Below, in pieces: positions 36,701 to 44,920 of a stretch of 63,219 bases of DNA. Numbering within the stretch: the stretch's first letter is position 1; each line of letters begins with the position of its first letter. The stretch spans positions 1-63,219 of the forward strand of contig JAKPPS010000052.1 of assembly GCA_029547225.1 (NCBI GenBank). Direction: 5' to 3'. Below the pieces are notes generated by a model. It was not told the DNA's origin and did not search any database. It worked only from the letters and a program-made list of their open reading frames with translations. The position numbers and the translations under genes were made by a program. The stretch is from a bacterium. GTDB lineage: Bacteria; Patescibacteriota; Dojkabacteria; SC72; WJKH01.

Positions 36701-37392
36701 ACAAACAATTCGTCAGAATCTTGTATGCGTATATTTGCAATATCAATCGTCCATGTATTGTTATTACTTGCCAAAGCAGATAAAATTTGTGATTTTTGAT
36801 CTGCACGATTAACAAATGATATCGTAACAATAGGATTATCGTTAACCTCATTTGCCACAGATATTGCGCCAAAAGTAGGTTTTGGTGTAGTCATTGTTTC
36901 GAGTTCTGAATATGTTTTGAACTTTTGACTGAATTTATCGATTGGAAGCACAAAATCTGATATTGCTATCGAATACTCTTTTGAAGATTCCAGCCCGCTT
37001 ACTACGACATAGTGATTATAGTATTTACCCTGATCAACTTTCACAAACTGATTTGGGGATATCTCCTGATAATCGCGAAAGTCAAAGTACTTGTAACCAG
37101 TAATAAAATCAAAAAGTTTATTTTCGTTTTTGTCAGTAAGATAGACTATTGAGCTTGTAGGTTTTGTTGTAGTCCACGATATTGCGGCAGATTCTGAGGT
37201 TATTGAGGTGATTTGAAAATTTGAAATATCCTTTGCGTTATTCTGATTAATTAAATATATTGCTATGCCACCGATTATAGCAATAAAAAGAACTAGCAAA
37301 ATGTAAAACCACCATTTTGAAAGAATCAATTTCTTTGATGTGCTCGCAACATTTTGTGTTGCAACATCAGCAGTTTGATCTTGAGTGACCAT
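33796..37392 (-). CDS. Giant cysteine-rich surface protein, paralog A (1198 aa), no catalytic motif seen
   Basis: N-terminal anchor (WWFYILLVLFIAIIGGIAIYL). FN3-like domain (AAISWTT...HYVVVSGLESSKEYSIAI). Ser/Gly/Pro/Gln linker. EGF- or knottin-like Cys repeats. C-terminal GWNL/PGEAYF tandem module ending LSETGGSYIPE. Confidence 0.85.
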   Translation of the reverse strand: MVTQDQTADVATQNVASTSKKLILSKWWFYILLVLFIAIIGGIAIYLINQNNAKDISNFQITSITSESAAISWTTTKPTSSIVYLTDKNENKLFDFITGYKYFDFRDYQEISPNQFVKVDQGKYYNHYVVVSGLESSKEYSIAISDFVLPIDKFSQKFKTYSELETMTTPKPTFGAISVANEVNDNPIVTISFVNRADQKSQILSALASNNNTWTIDIANIRIQDSDELFVFDNEVIAELSAIVDGKEKSIQFNAENIAPCPDLIIKSDDAEEIVKESNKLLVNRLFAANPFEQDPVIDGGGDSPRSGGSVSGSFLKPKPATDTQPTPSQNSVSGSTSQQNQSQPETERPARVGDRCELDEDDSCDQNLKCIRVGNRPPTCQKFDYCNNADDCRDSQYDCIKNKCVKGFPTVFACSKNEECGQNQFCLNGKCMYQTSEGDYYEVENYTSCTKNTDCKSNEYCEPMSKVDVADGDIDDGEGACVKEEVGRACFTDLAECTNGMYCSNNECIYDGIDECMDFNSEEGCENMLDDLKCEFFVRPGEDEGFCQESSKQYVCDRATGALYRNNQLNQQVLYEDCDCVVNDDNEDDECATYMINGQVNCEAINDFDSEFPLVGRCLEAGCAWIDNNEQNQTITVVASDTHSQNSYFVDSNSTGCVDSSFIEQNAIKPDQIFDEQKCLKYGYDWTAFASGEGVCTLPFSPYVEGCESLTQYGKKECNEHYVYGAESMSCAWVELDSNNNGVIEAGEGNCESGISFKVGDSNEEGIEYCVFVGGDEKPISDLSNTEEGYCNVEIELPEDGLSINSIFPNYSEDDLYGYEVGCSAEYDWENNKCSASVSISSKNNDLVFSDQIYKLTNLDYQSEDCTTMTVCNDNQLNIQDEVVSIFYPTYEQRDWKPCASITDYIPSGAFPCGMSTLEVGVEGETETNSLLNIFKNDVKAQENVISDPVLKPGIYTSTGNANEKLVLSNETHIAYFDDANKNNVRDEGERILTPYEVENLGVGYVMVESAKNYDFSKGWNLVSFPFVLDQEKSSTANDIYEYLRAREILVEEIATYREGKFESYSMKEDINGEDVEVGNNFIILPGEAYFVKSRNSGTASMVGYAYENALPLQLLPGWNLVNIYKQDVDNYQAFDVLKQMEGQGVVADTLSKWENSKYNSVVYSDNMEYGYDYKVFPTAGYFVKVLSETGGSYIPE

Positions 37393-37695
37393 TAAATATT
37401 CATTGAAAATTTATATTTGCTTGATTATAGATAATCACTTTTTATGAAATAAGTCAAATATAATCAGCAACAATACAGTAAGAATTTTATATAATTACTG
37501 ATCGCCATCTTATATTCCACTATTTTGTAAGATTAGTTCATTCATAAAATATATTTTCAAAGAGTTTATATATGAAAATTCTACATCATTCATATTATAT
37601 ATATGGAAATGATAATTGAACATTTTGTTCAATCTGTTCAACGATTTCATAAATATTTAAGAGTGATTTAATAATACACCGCTAAAATTGAGATA

Positions 37696-39681
37696 ATGAA
37701 AAAAGTAAAAACGGCAATCGTATATTATAAATATTATTCTCATGGAAATATCTGCACAGTAGAAATATCGACAGCAATATGCCGTGGTTTTCCAAGTACC
37801 AAAATTATTGGCATGAAGCCTAAACAAGCTCGAGTAATAATTGAAAAAATAAATATTGCTTTAAAATCTGCAGGATATAAATTGCCTCAAGAAAAAACCA
37901 GAATTTATCTAAAGTATTACAAAGGAAACAATTCAGATCAGTTAATACCCTCTAATCTTTCTCTTGAATTACCAATCGCAATCAGTATTTTGCTTTGTTC
38001 AAATCAGATATATTTTGTCTCCGAGTCTAAAGTTATCAACGATAACATTACCGACTCAATTCCAAAAGTTGACTTAAATAATAATAGTTTAGCTACAAAT
38101 AGTTATTCAGTTTTCGCTGGAGGCGATCTAAGTTTTGATAGTTCAATCTCAGGTTATACAGAAATACTGCCCTACATAAAGTTCTTTGATAAAAAAAGAA
38201 GAATCGTTCTAACGAGAAGTAGAAAACCCGAGATAACAAAATCAACTCATAATATTTTTGTGGTATTACCTGACAAGTGCAGGGAATTAGTTCTATATTT
38301 ACAAAATCAAGGATACGAAATCAAAAACAATAGTAATTTGCGATTTATTTTTATTGATTCGCTTACTAATCTGCAGCAATCAATTAATCTTTTCCTCAAT
38401 AAAGAAGTAGCTAATAGAGATCCACTTTTTCACTCTAATACACTGTTAGTAGATGAAAACAAATCTGTTCAAAAAATTTCCTACAATATTGATAAAAAAT
38501 TTAATCCTTGCAAGAGTGAGAAAACCGTATTAAAGAAAACCTTATCAAACACAGAAACGAAAAGTAAATCAGAATCTCGATTGCAGCTACCTACAAAAAT
38601 TACTATTCCGACTGACAAGATTTCATATTTAAGCAAGCCACAGAATAATTATATTTCAAAAGAAAATTTAACAACACTAAATTACTTAGTAGGACAAGAG
38701 AGTGCAAAAAGAGCATGTATTATTTCTGCAGGCGGTGGGCATCATATACTCTTTATCGGTCCTATCGGATCAAGTAAAACATTATTAGCCCACTCTATTT
38801 CAGAAATCACCCCATCGTTATCATTGTATGAAATTCTTGATATGGCAAGGTACCATAGAGTTAAAATCGAAGAGATAGAACAATACTTGCAAAAGATAGA
38901 TACTGCAAATAAAAATCTCCGGAATGTTCGAATATTCGAATTAAGCAGACCAATTATAGAAATAATGCATAACACTACAATACCAGGTCTTCTCGGTAAT
39001 AAGAATAATCCTGGTTTACTTGCAAAATCAGATAAGGGTTTTTTGTTACTAGATGAGATATCAGAGATAAGTAGCTCAGTATTAAACTCATTAAAATCAT
39101 CTTTAGACTATAGACAGATAAAAGTCGGAGCAAACGAGATTATACCTACACGATATACACTTATTGCAACTTCTAACACTTGTCCTTGCGGTAAAGATGC
39201 AAAGGATTGCAAATGTAGGCTTGGAGAGAAAATAAATTACATAAAAAAGATACCGGAATCACTGATTAATCGGATTGATTTACTTTCTCGAGTAAGTGTT
39301 ACCGATTTTAGTTCAGTATCTTCAGCGCAGAATAGTTTATCTGGTCATATAAATAATGTAAAAGATTCAATCGATTATAGAAATATCGTAAAGAAAGTTC
39401 GAGAAATCCAAAATCGTCGATATATTAATGAGAATTTCCGTACTAATGCAGAGATAACACTAGACAAAATCAATACTTATTGTGAGTGTACATCATCAGC
39501 TACAAAAATCTTACATACCTCAATTGAGAAATTGGGATTAAATGGCCGAGATTATATAAAAATACTAAAGATAGCACGAACAATCGCCGACTTAGAGTCC
39601 AAAGAAATAATAACTGAAGAAAACATATACGAAGCCCTGTCGTACAGAACTACCTCTTTGAGAACTGAGGTTTCTTTCTAG
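37696..39681 (+). CDS. comM: YifB/ComM-family Mg-chelatase-like AAA+ ATPase with a large insertion
   Basis: GQESAKRACIISAGGGHHILFIGPIGSSKT (Walker A), GFLLLDEISE (Walker B), NTCPCGKDAKDCKC zinc motif and LINRIDLL. At 661 aa it is longer than the roughly 500 aa I recall as usual for this family. Confidence 0.85.
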   Translation: MKKVKTAIVYYKYYSHGNICTVEISTAICRGFPSTKIIGMKPKQARVIIEKINIALKSAGYKLPQEKTRIYLKYYKGNNSDQLIPSNLSLELPIAISILLCSNQIYFVSESKVINDNITDSIPKVDLNNNSLATNSYSVFAGGDLSFDSSISGYTEILPYIKFFDKKRRIVLTRSRKPEITKSTHNIFVVLPDKCRELVLYLQNQGYEIKNNSNLRFIFIDSLTNLQQSINLFLNKEVANRDPLFHSNTLLVDENKSVQKISYNIDKKFNPCKSEKTVLKKTLSNTETKSKSESRLQLPTKITIPTDKISYLSKPQNNYISKENLTTLNYLVGQESAKRACIISAGGGHHILFIGPIGSSKTLLAHSISEITPSLSLYEILDMARYHRVKIEEIEQYLQKIDTANKNLRNVRIFELSRPIIEIMHNTTIPGLLGNKNNPGLLAKSDKGFLLLDEISEISSSVLNSLKSSLDYRQIKVGANEIIPTRYTLIATSNTCPCGKDAKDCKCRLGEKINYIKKIPESLINRIDLLSRVSVTDFSSVSSAQNSLSGHINNVKDSIDYRNIVKKVREIQNRRYINENFRTNAEITLDKINTYCECTSSATKILHTSIEKLGLNGRDYIKILKIARTIADLESKEIITEENIYEALSYRTTSLRTEVSF

Positions 39682-40054
39682 CTTTAATATGGTGATATTT
39701 TTTACGCTCAACCATACGAGGATCTCTAATTAGTAAGTCTTCTTTACGTAAGACTGTTTTAAGTAATGGATCCATTTTAACAAGTGCTCTTGCAACTCCC
39801 AATTTGACTGCATCTGCTTGACCATTGATTCCTCCACCAGTTACTTTTGCAGTAAAATATAGTTTACCAATTTGATCTGTAACAACAAAAGGTCTCATTG
39901 TCTTACCTACTAATGTCTTCAATGCGAAATATTCTTCAACTGGTTTAAGGTTAACTGATGATGCACTAGCACCCTCAAATACTCTAACTCTTGCAGTAGA
40001 AGTCTTTCTTCGACCTATACCTTCATAATATTTTGATACACTTGTTTTAGCCAC
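39650..40054 (-). CDS. rpsI: 30S ribosomal protein S9
   Basis: GRRKTSTARVRV ... KKPQFSKR terminus. The 3' end overlaps the convergent comM by 32 nt. Confidence 0.95.
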   Translation of the reverse strand: MAKTSVSKYYEGIGRRKTSTARVRVFEGASASSVNLKPVEEYFALKTLVGKTMRPFVVTDQIGKLYFTAKVTGGGINGQADAVKLGVARALVKMDPLLKTVLRKEDLLIRDPRMVERKKYHHIKARKKPQFSKR

Positions 40055-40065
40055 ATTTAATGCAA

Positions 40066-40647
40066 TTATAACTTATAATCAACTGGTTTTTGAGCTTCAT
40101 GTTTATGCTCACTACCATCGTAAACAAACAACCTTGCCATACGATCTGCTTTAAGTTTGTTTTGAGGTAACATCCTCTCAACAGCTTTTTCAATAATAAA
40201 GTTTGGTTTTCGTTTTATCATCATATCAAATCTAGTTTCCTTTAATCCACCCATATATCCACTGTGGTGATAATACATTTTCTTCAATTCTTTACCACCA
40301 GTAACTTTAATCTTCTTACTATTTAATACGATAACATAATCACCACAATCAAGATTATTAACCTGATTAATTTTATCTTTTCCAATAAGCAAAGAAGCAA
40401 CTTTCGAAGCAAGTCTACCTAATATTGCATCTTCAGCATCGATGACATACCATAATCGTTTTATATCATCACTTTTAATCCATTTCGTTGAAAACTTTTC
40501 AACGAACTTTGGACCTTTTTTAGAAGTAGAAGCTACTTTAGTTTTAGCTGATACTGTTTTAGTTTCAGCTTTTACTTTTGTAGTACTGACTTTCTTTGTG
40601 ACCTCTTTTGTATTCTTTTTTACGTTTTTAACTTTTGCTTCAGACAT
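40066..40647 (-). CDS. rplM: 50S ribosomal protein L13 with ~50-aa Lys-rich N-terminal extension
   Basis: WYVIDAEDAILGRLASKVASLLIGK core, preceded by KVKNVKKNTKEVTKKVSTTKVKAETK... Confidence 0.95.
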   Translation of the reverse strand: MSEAKVKNVKKNTKEVTKKVSTTKVKAETKTVSAKTKVASTSKKGPKFVEKFSTKWIKSDDIKRLWYVIDAEDAILGRLASKVASLLIGKDKINQVNNLDCGDYVIVLNSKKIKVTGGKELKKMYYHHSGYMGGLKETRFDMMIKRKPNFIIEKAVERMLPQNKLKADRMARLFVYDGSEHKHEAQKPVDYKL

Positions 40648-40678
40648 ACTATTTACCCTTAATCATTAAATAATCTTA

Positions 40679-41266
40679 TTATAGTCCTGAACGAGTTCTT
40701 ACTCTTTCTCTACCTGAGAATGCTTTTGTAAAAGTTTGTGATAATTTCTCAGCAATACCCTTTTTCTCTTTATTATCAGTCTTATGAGCTTTCTTCTCTT
40801 CTTCAAAAATCTCATTCTTTTCCTTAGATTCTGCTTTTACTTCTTCTACTTTCTTATCTTTTGTTGTTGTTTTCTGTTTAGCTGGAGTCTCTTTACTCTT
40901 TTTTACAAATATTTTATCAAATCCGACTAATACAACTTCGGATTTCTCTGTATTGTCTCCTTTTCTGAATCCGACTTTTACAATAGAAACCTTTAATTCT
41001 GATTTTGCAACAAATTCAGCACAATTAATCCTTGCCTTGCGACTAAGTAACTTTTGATTCAAAATTCTTGTCTGAGATACTTTATCATCAGCATATTTTT
41101 TTACTGCAGACATAAGTTCCTCTGCTTTTGATCTCATTACTTTTGCTTTAACAGTAGTAGTTTCTAATTTACCATAGGTAAATAATGTCGAAAGCTGGTT
41201 TGAAATAAGAGCTTTACGATGACTTGTAGTCCTACCTAGTTTTGCAATACTATTTCGTTTCCTCAT
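40679..41266 (-). CDS. rplQ: 50S ribosomal protein L17 with ~75-aa Lys/Glu-rich C-terminal extension
   Basis: MRKRNSIAKLGRTTSHRKALISN start. The tail is rich in K/E. Confidence 0.95.
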   Translation of the reverse strand: MRKRNSIAKLGRTTSHRKALISNQLSTLFTYGKLETTTVKAKVMRSKAEELMSAVKKYADDKVSQTRILNQKLLSRKARINCAEFVAKSELKVSIVKVGFRKGDNTEKSEVVLVGFDKIFVKKSKETPAKQKTTTKDKKVEEVKAESKEKNEIFEEEKKAHKTDNKEKKGIAEKLSQTFTKAFSGRERVRTRSGL

Positions 41267-41270
41267 ATTA

Positions 41271-42239
41271 TTAATCCTCTAATGTAATACCATAATCAGA
41301 TAATATAGCGATTACTTCATTCAATGATTTAGCCCCGAATCCTGGTAATTTTGCTAATTCTTTTTTAGTAATCTTTGAAAGATCAGAAACTACTTCATAA
41401 CCACCGTTTAACAAGCCTGTTTTAGATCTTTTTGAAATCTGTAAATCTTCAATTCTATCATTAAGTGATTTTCCATCAGCCATTTGCATATTCTCTTCTA
41501 CCTCTTCGATTACAGGTGTAGATGAAGCTTCTGCTAACTGTTCAACCTCTAATTTTGAAATACCTAATGCTAACATCACTCGACCTGCAAACTCCTGCAA
41601 TGTTTTAACTGATTGCAATAGAGCATCTTTTGGTGCAATACTTCCATCAGTTGTAATATCAATAAGTACTGAATCAAGATCAGTTTCTTGACCCTTTCGA
41701 GCTTTACCTAATTCAATTTTTACATTCTTAATTGGAGAGAAGTCAGTATCCAAAGGTATCCTACCCAAGTCACTTCGATTTTCCTCATCTGCGACCTTGT
41801 AACCAACACCTTTTTCAATAACAATCTCCATCTCAAGTTTTGCTCCCTCAGTATTCAAGTGAGCAATCTCAACATCTGGTGTCATGATTTCAACTGAACC
41901 AGTAACATCAATATCTTTTGCTTTAGCAATTTTCTTACCTGAAACCGACAATTTGCATACTTGTGGTTCACTGTTTGACGACTTAAATCTGATAGACTTT
42001 AGATTTAATATTATTTCGACAATATCTTCAGTAACACCATCAATTGTAGTATATTCATGCTTTGCATCTTTAATCTTAATACTTGTAATACCAGCTCCTT
42101 CAAGACTTGATAAAAGTACTCTTCTTAATGGATTAATCAAAGTGTGTCCATAACCTCTTGGCAATGGAGCAATCTCATAGACACCTTGTGTCTCTGTTTC
42201 ACTTTTTGTTTTTACTGTAATGTCTGTAAACAATATCAT
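41271..42239 (-). CDS. rpoA: DNA-directed RNA polymerase subunit alpha
   Basis: GYGHTLINPLRRVLLSS, and a C-terminal HhH domain (LKITKKELAKLPGFGAKSLNEV). Confidence 0.95.
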   Translation of the reverse strand: MILFTDITVKTKSETETQGVYEIAPLPRGYGHTLINPLRRVLLSSLEGAGITSIKIKDAKHEYTTIDGVTEDIVEIILNLKSIRFKSSNSEPQVCKLSVSGKKIAKAKDIDVTGSVEIMTPDVEIAHLNTEGAKLEMEIVIEKGVGYKVADEENRSDLGRIPLDTDFSPIKNVKIELGKARKGQETDLDSVLIDITTDGSIAPKDALLQSVKTLQEFAGRVMLALGISKLEVEQLAEASSTPVIEEVEENMQMADGKSLNDRIEDLQISKRSKTGLLNGGYEVVSDLSKITKKELAKLPGFGAKSLNEVIAILSDYGITLED

Positions 42240-42269
42240 ATTTTACAAATGTTTAATTTATAATTAATA

Positions 42270-42881
42270 CTACTTAGAATAATACTCAACAATCAAATTC
42301 TCTTTAATACCTTCATCTATCATTTCTCGTGTTGGAGATTGCATTACTGATGCACTAACTCCATCTCTTATAAGCCATGGTTGCGATTTAACATATACTT
42401 CAACTGGTTTTAATTCTGTATCAGCAAGAGAAATAGTATCTCCCACCTTCACTTCATAAGAAGGAACATTCAAAATTTCACCATTTACTTTTATATGCCT
42501 ATGTGTCACAAATTGCCTTGCTTGACCTCTAGAAACTGCAAGACCTGCTAGATATACAACATTATCCAATCTCATTTCCAATATTCTTAAAAGTTCCAAA
42601 CCTTTATCAGAGTTAAAATTCTTAGCTCTTCTTACTGATTCAAGATAAGCGTTTCTGAATTGTCTCTCGCGCATACCATATATTCTTTTTACCTTCTGTT
42701 TTTCCCGAAGTTGAACACCATAGTTTGATTGTCTTACTCTTCTTTTATTTCCGTGCTGACCCGGTGCAAATGGTTTGCGCTTAATACCAGCTTTATCTGA
42801 CGAAGATCTAAAACCTTTAAGAAAAAGGTTTACACCCTCTCTTCTACTTAATTTTTCTTTTGGTCCAGTATATCTACCCAT
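42270..42881 (-). CDS. rpsD: 30S ribosomal protein S4
   Basis: MGRYTGPKEKLSRREG, and an S4 RNA-binding domain. Confidence 0.95.
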   Translation of the reverse strand: MGRYTGPKEKLSRREGVNLFLKGFRSSSDKAGIKRKPFAPGQHGNKRRVRQSNYGVQLREKQKVKRIYGMRERQFRNAYLESVRRAKNFNSDKGLELLRILEMRLDNVVYLAGLAVSRGQARQFVTHRHIKVNGEILNVPSYEVKVGDTISLADTELKPVEVYVKSQPWLIRDGVSASVMQSPTREMIDEGIKENLIVEYYSK

Positions 42882-42906
42882 TGTTAATCATTATCAATAA
42901 ATTACA

Positions 42907-43296
42907 TTACTTACGTGGTTTCTTCCTTGGTCTACAACCATTATGCGGTACAGGTGTAGCATCAGCTAAAGATGTTACCCTAATACCAGCAGAATCTAGT
43001 CCTTTTACTGCGGCATTTCTACCAGCACCTGGACCCTTAATTGTAACTTTTACCTCAGATAAACCATATTTCTTAATTGCAACATCTGCTGCTTCTTTTG
43101 CGGCTTTTGTAGCTGCGAAAGCAGTACTTTTCTTAGAACCTTTAAATCCGACATTTACTGGACTTTTCTGGACAAGCATATTGCCCTCAGGATCAGTCAA
43201 TGTGATGATTGTATTATTGAAAGTAGATTGCACGAATGCTAATCCAGATTTCACTACTTTCTTTGCTTTTTTAACTTTTACTTTTTCGTCTGCCAT
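42907..43296 (-). CDS. rpsK: 30S ribosomal protein S11
   Basis: TFNNTIITLTD ... DATPVPHNGCRPRKKPR. Confidence 0.95.
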   Translation of the reverse strand: MADEKVKVKKAKKVVKSGLAFVQSTFNNTIITLTDPEGNMLVQKSPVNVGFKGSKKSTAFAATKAAKEAADVAIKKYGLSEVKVTIKGPGAGRNAAVKGLDSAGIRVTSLADATPVPHNGCRPRKKPRK

Positions 43297-43320
43297 TTGT
43301 TTACGGATTAAGAAATAAAA

Positions 43321-43704
43321 CTATGTTTTTGTTAACACTCTCTTAAGACCACCTACAGCCTGAGATTTACCCTTACGAGTATGAGCATTATGCCTTGTTC
43401 TCTGACCTCTAACTGGTAATCCTCTTTTATGCATTATACCTCTATAGCACCTAATTTCTTTAAGTCTTTTGATATTACGGAAAACAACTTGTCGTAATTC
43501 ACCTTCAACTTGATAATTATCCTCAATGGTTCTTCGAAGCTTCTCGATATCATCATCTGAAAGATCTTTTAATTTAGCTTCTCCGTCAATCTTAGTCTTT
43601 TCTAATATCTCTTTAGCCAAAGTATCACCAATACCAAAAATATATGTTATTGCGATTTTTACTTTTTTATTATCTGATAGTTCTACACCTGCAATTCTTG
43701 CCAT
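43321..43704 (-). CDS. rpsM: 30S ribosomal protein S13
   Basis: MARIAGVEL...YRGIMHKRGLPVRGQRT. Confidence 0.95.
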   Translation of the reverse strand: MARIAGVELSDNKKVKIAITYIFGIGDTLAKEILEKTKIDGEAKLKDLSDDDIEKLRRTIEDNYQVEGELRQVVFRNIKRLKEIRCYRGIMHKRGLPVRGQRTRHNAHTRKGKSQAVGGLKRVLTKT

Positions 43705-43730
43705 TTATTTAGTATTAATACATAAAATAA

Positions 43731-43847
43731 TTAACCCTGCCTTTGTTTATGGTTTGGGTTCTTTTTACAATATACATACACACGACCTTTACGCCTTACT
43801 GTGTAACAATCTTTACATCTAGTTTTTACGGATGCTCTTACTTTCAT
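43731..43847 (-). CDS. rpmJ: 50S ribosomal protein L36 (not in the ORF track)
   Basis: Manual translation gives [38 protein letters not shown] (38 aa) with a C-x2-C...C...H zinc motif, at the canonical position between infA and rpsM. Confidence 0.93.
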   Translation of the reverse strand: MKVRASVKTRCKDCYTVRRKGRVYVYCKKNPNHKQRQG

Positions 43848-44082
43848 ATGTTCTATACCTATAAACTATTCTACCTTTGTTTTTATCATAGGGTGTTAAC
43901 TGTATCTTTACCTTATCACCCTCAATCATATCAATATAATTCATACGCATCTTACCCGAAGCGTATCCTTCAACTCTGTGCTTGACACCATTTACATCTA
44001 ACTCAACGATATACTTGCTGTCAGGCAAGCGTTCAATTACCACACCATCTACTTCAATAATGTTCTTTTTGTTTAAATCCAT
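43819..44082 (-). CDS. infA: Translation initiation factor IF-1
   Basis: [20 protein letters not shown]...[24 protein letters not shown]...GRIVYRY. A C-terminal tail overlaps the rpmJ start by 29 nt. Confidence 0.92.
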   Translation of the reverse strand: MDLNKKNIIEVDGVVIERLPDSKYIVELDVNGVKHRVEGYASGKMRMNYIDMIEGDKVKIQLTPYDKNKGRIVYRYRTYESKSIRKN

Positions 44083-44153
44083 AATATTACCAACAAAACT
44101 CGTAATTTGTTAAGAGTCTTGGGTATTATATCAGACCTCTGATGTTTTTGCAA

Positions 44154-44897
44154 TCACCAAACGGTTAAAATTTCAGGTTTCTTCCCAACAATAACAGTAT
44201 GCTCGAAAAGTCCTGATAGACTACCATCTTTTGTCTTACTTGTCCAGCCATCTTTCCGATTAATAAATATCTCTTTTTTACCCATATTGACTATAGCCTC
44301 AATTGCAATTGATTGACCTTCGTAAAGCTCCTCTCCCTTACCCTTTTTTCCATAACCCGGTATGTATGGATCTTCATGTAATTCATAACCGACGCCATGT
44401 CCCACCATTTCCCTAACAACAGAATATCCATTTTCCTCAACTAATGATTGCATTGCATAACCTATATCTCCAACATGATTTCCAGTAACTGCCTGAGCAA
44501 TCCCAGCATAGAGAGCTTTCTCAACAGTCTGTACAAAATGTTTAACTTTATCATTTACTTTTCCAATCATCACTGTATATGCAGTATCAGAATAGACTTT
44601 CTTATATATCAAACCAAAATCAAGACTTACTATATCACCACTTTTTAAACGATAGTTATCTGGGATACCATGTACAACAACATCATTAACTCCTACACAA
44701 AGTGTATTTGGAAAGCCATCATAACCTTTAAATGCTGGTCTAGTTTCATATTGGTAACATAAGGATTCAGCGAGATTATCTAATTCTAACAAAGATACTC
44801 CTTCTTTTGCCTCCTCACATACTAATTTCAAGATTTGCGATGCAATCTTACCAGCTTTACGCATATTCTTATTTCTAAACTCTAAATCTGCATCCAT
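44154..44897 (-). CDS. map: Methionine aminopeptidase, type I
   Basis: Pita-bread metal ligands lie in the contexts VVHGIP, DIVSLDFG, VGHGVG and HTVIV. Confidence 0.93.
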   Translation of the reverse strand: MDADLEFRNKNMRKAGKIASQILKLVCEEAKEGVSLLELDNLAESLCYQYETRPAFKGYDGFPNTLCVGVNDVVVHGIPDNYRLKSGDIVSLDFGLIYKKVYSDTAYTVMIGKVNDKVKHFVQTVEKALYAGIAQAVTGNHVGDIGYAMQSLVEENGYSVVREMVGHGVGYELHEDPYIPGYGKKGKGEELYEGQSIAIEAIVNMGKKEIFINRKDGWTSKTKDGSLSGLFEHTVIVGKKPEILTVW

Positions 44898-44920
44898 AAT
44901 TACTGTTTTTTCGGTTATTT

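Noticed and set aside
28627-36872. Short ORFs on both strands within the three giant genes (e.g. 29050-29334, 31907-32185, 35807-36055)
   Set aside because: They are embedded in long, paralog-supported reading frames. They show no independent conservation or start signals.
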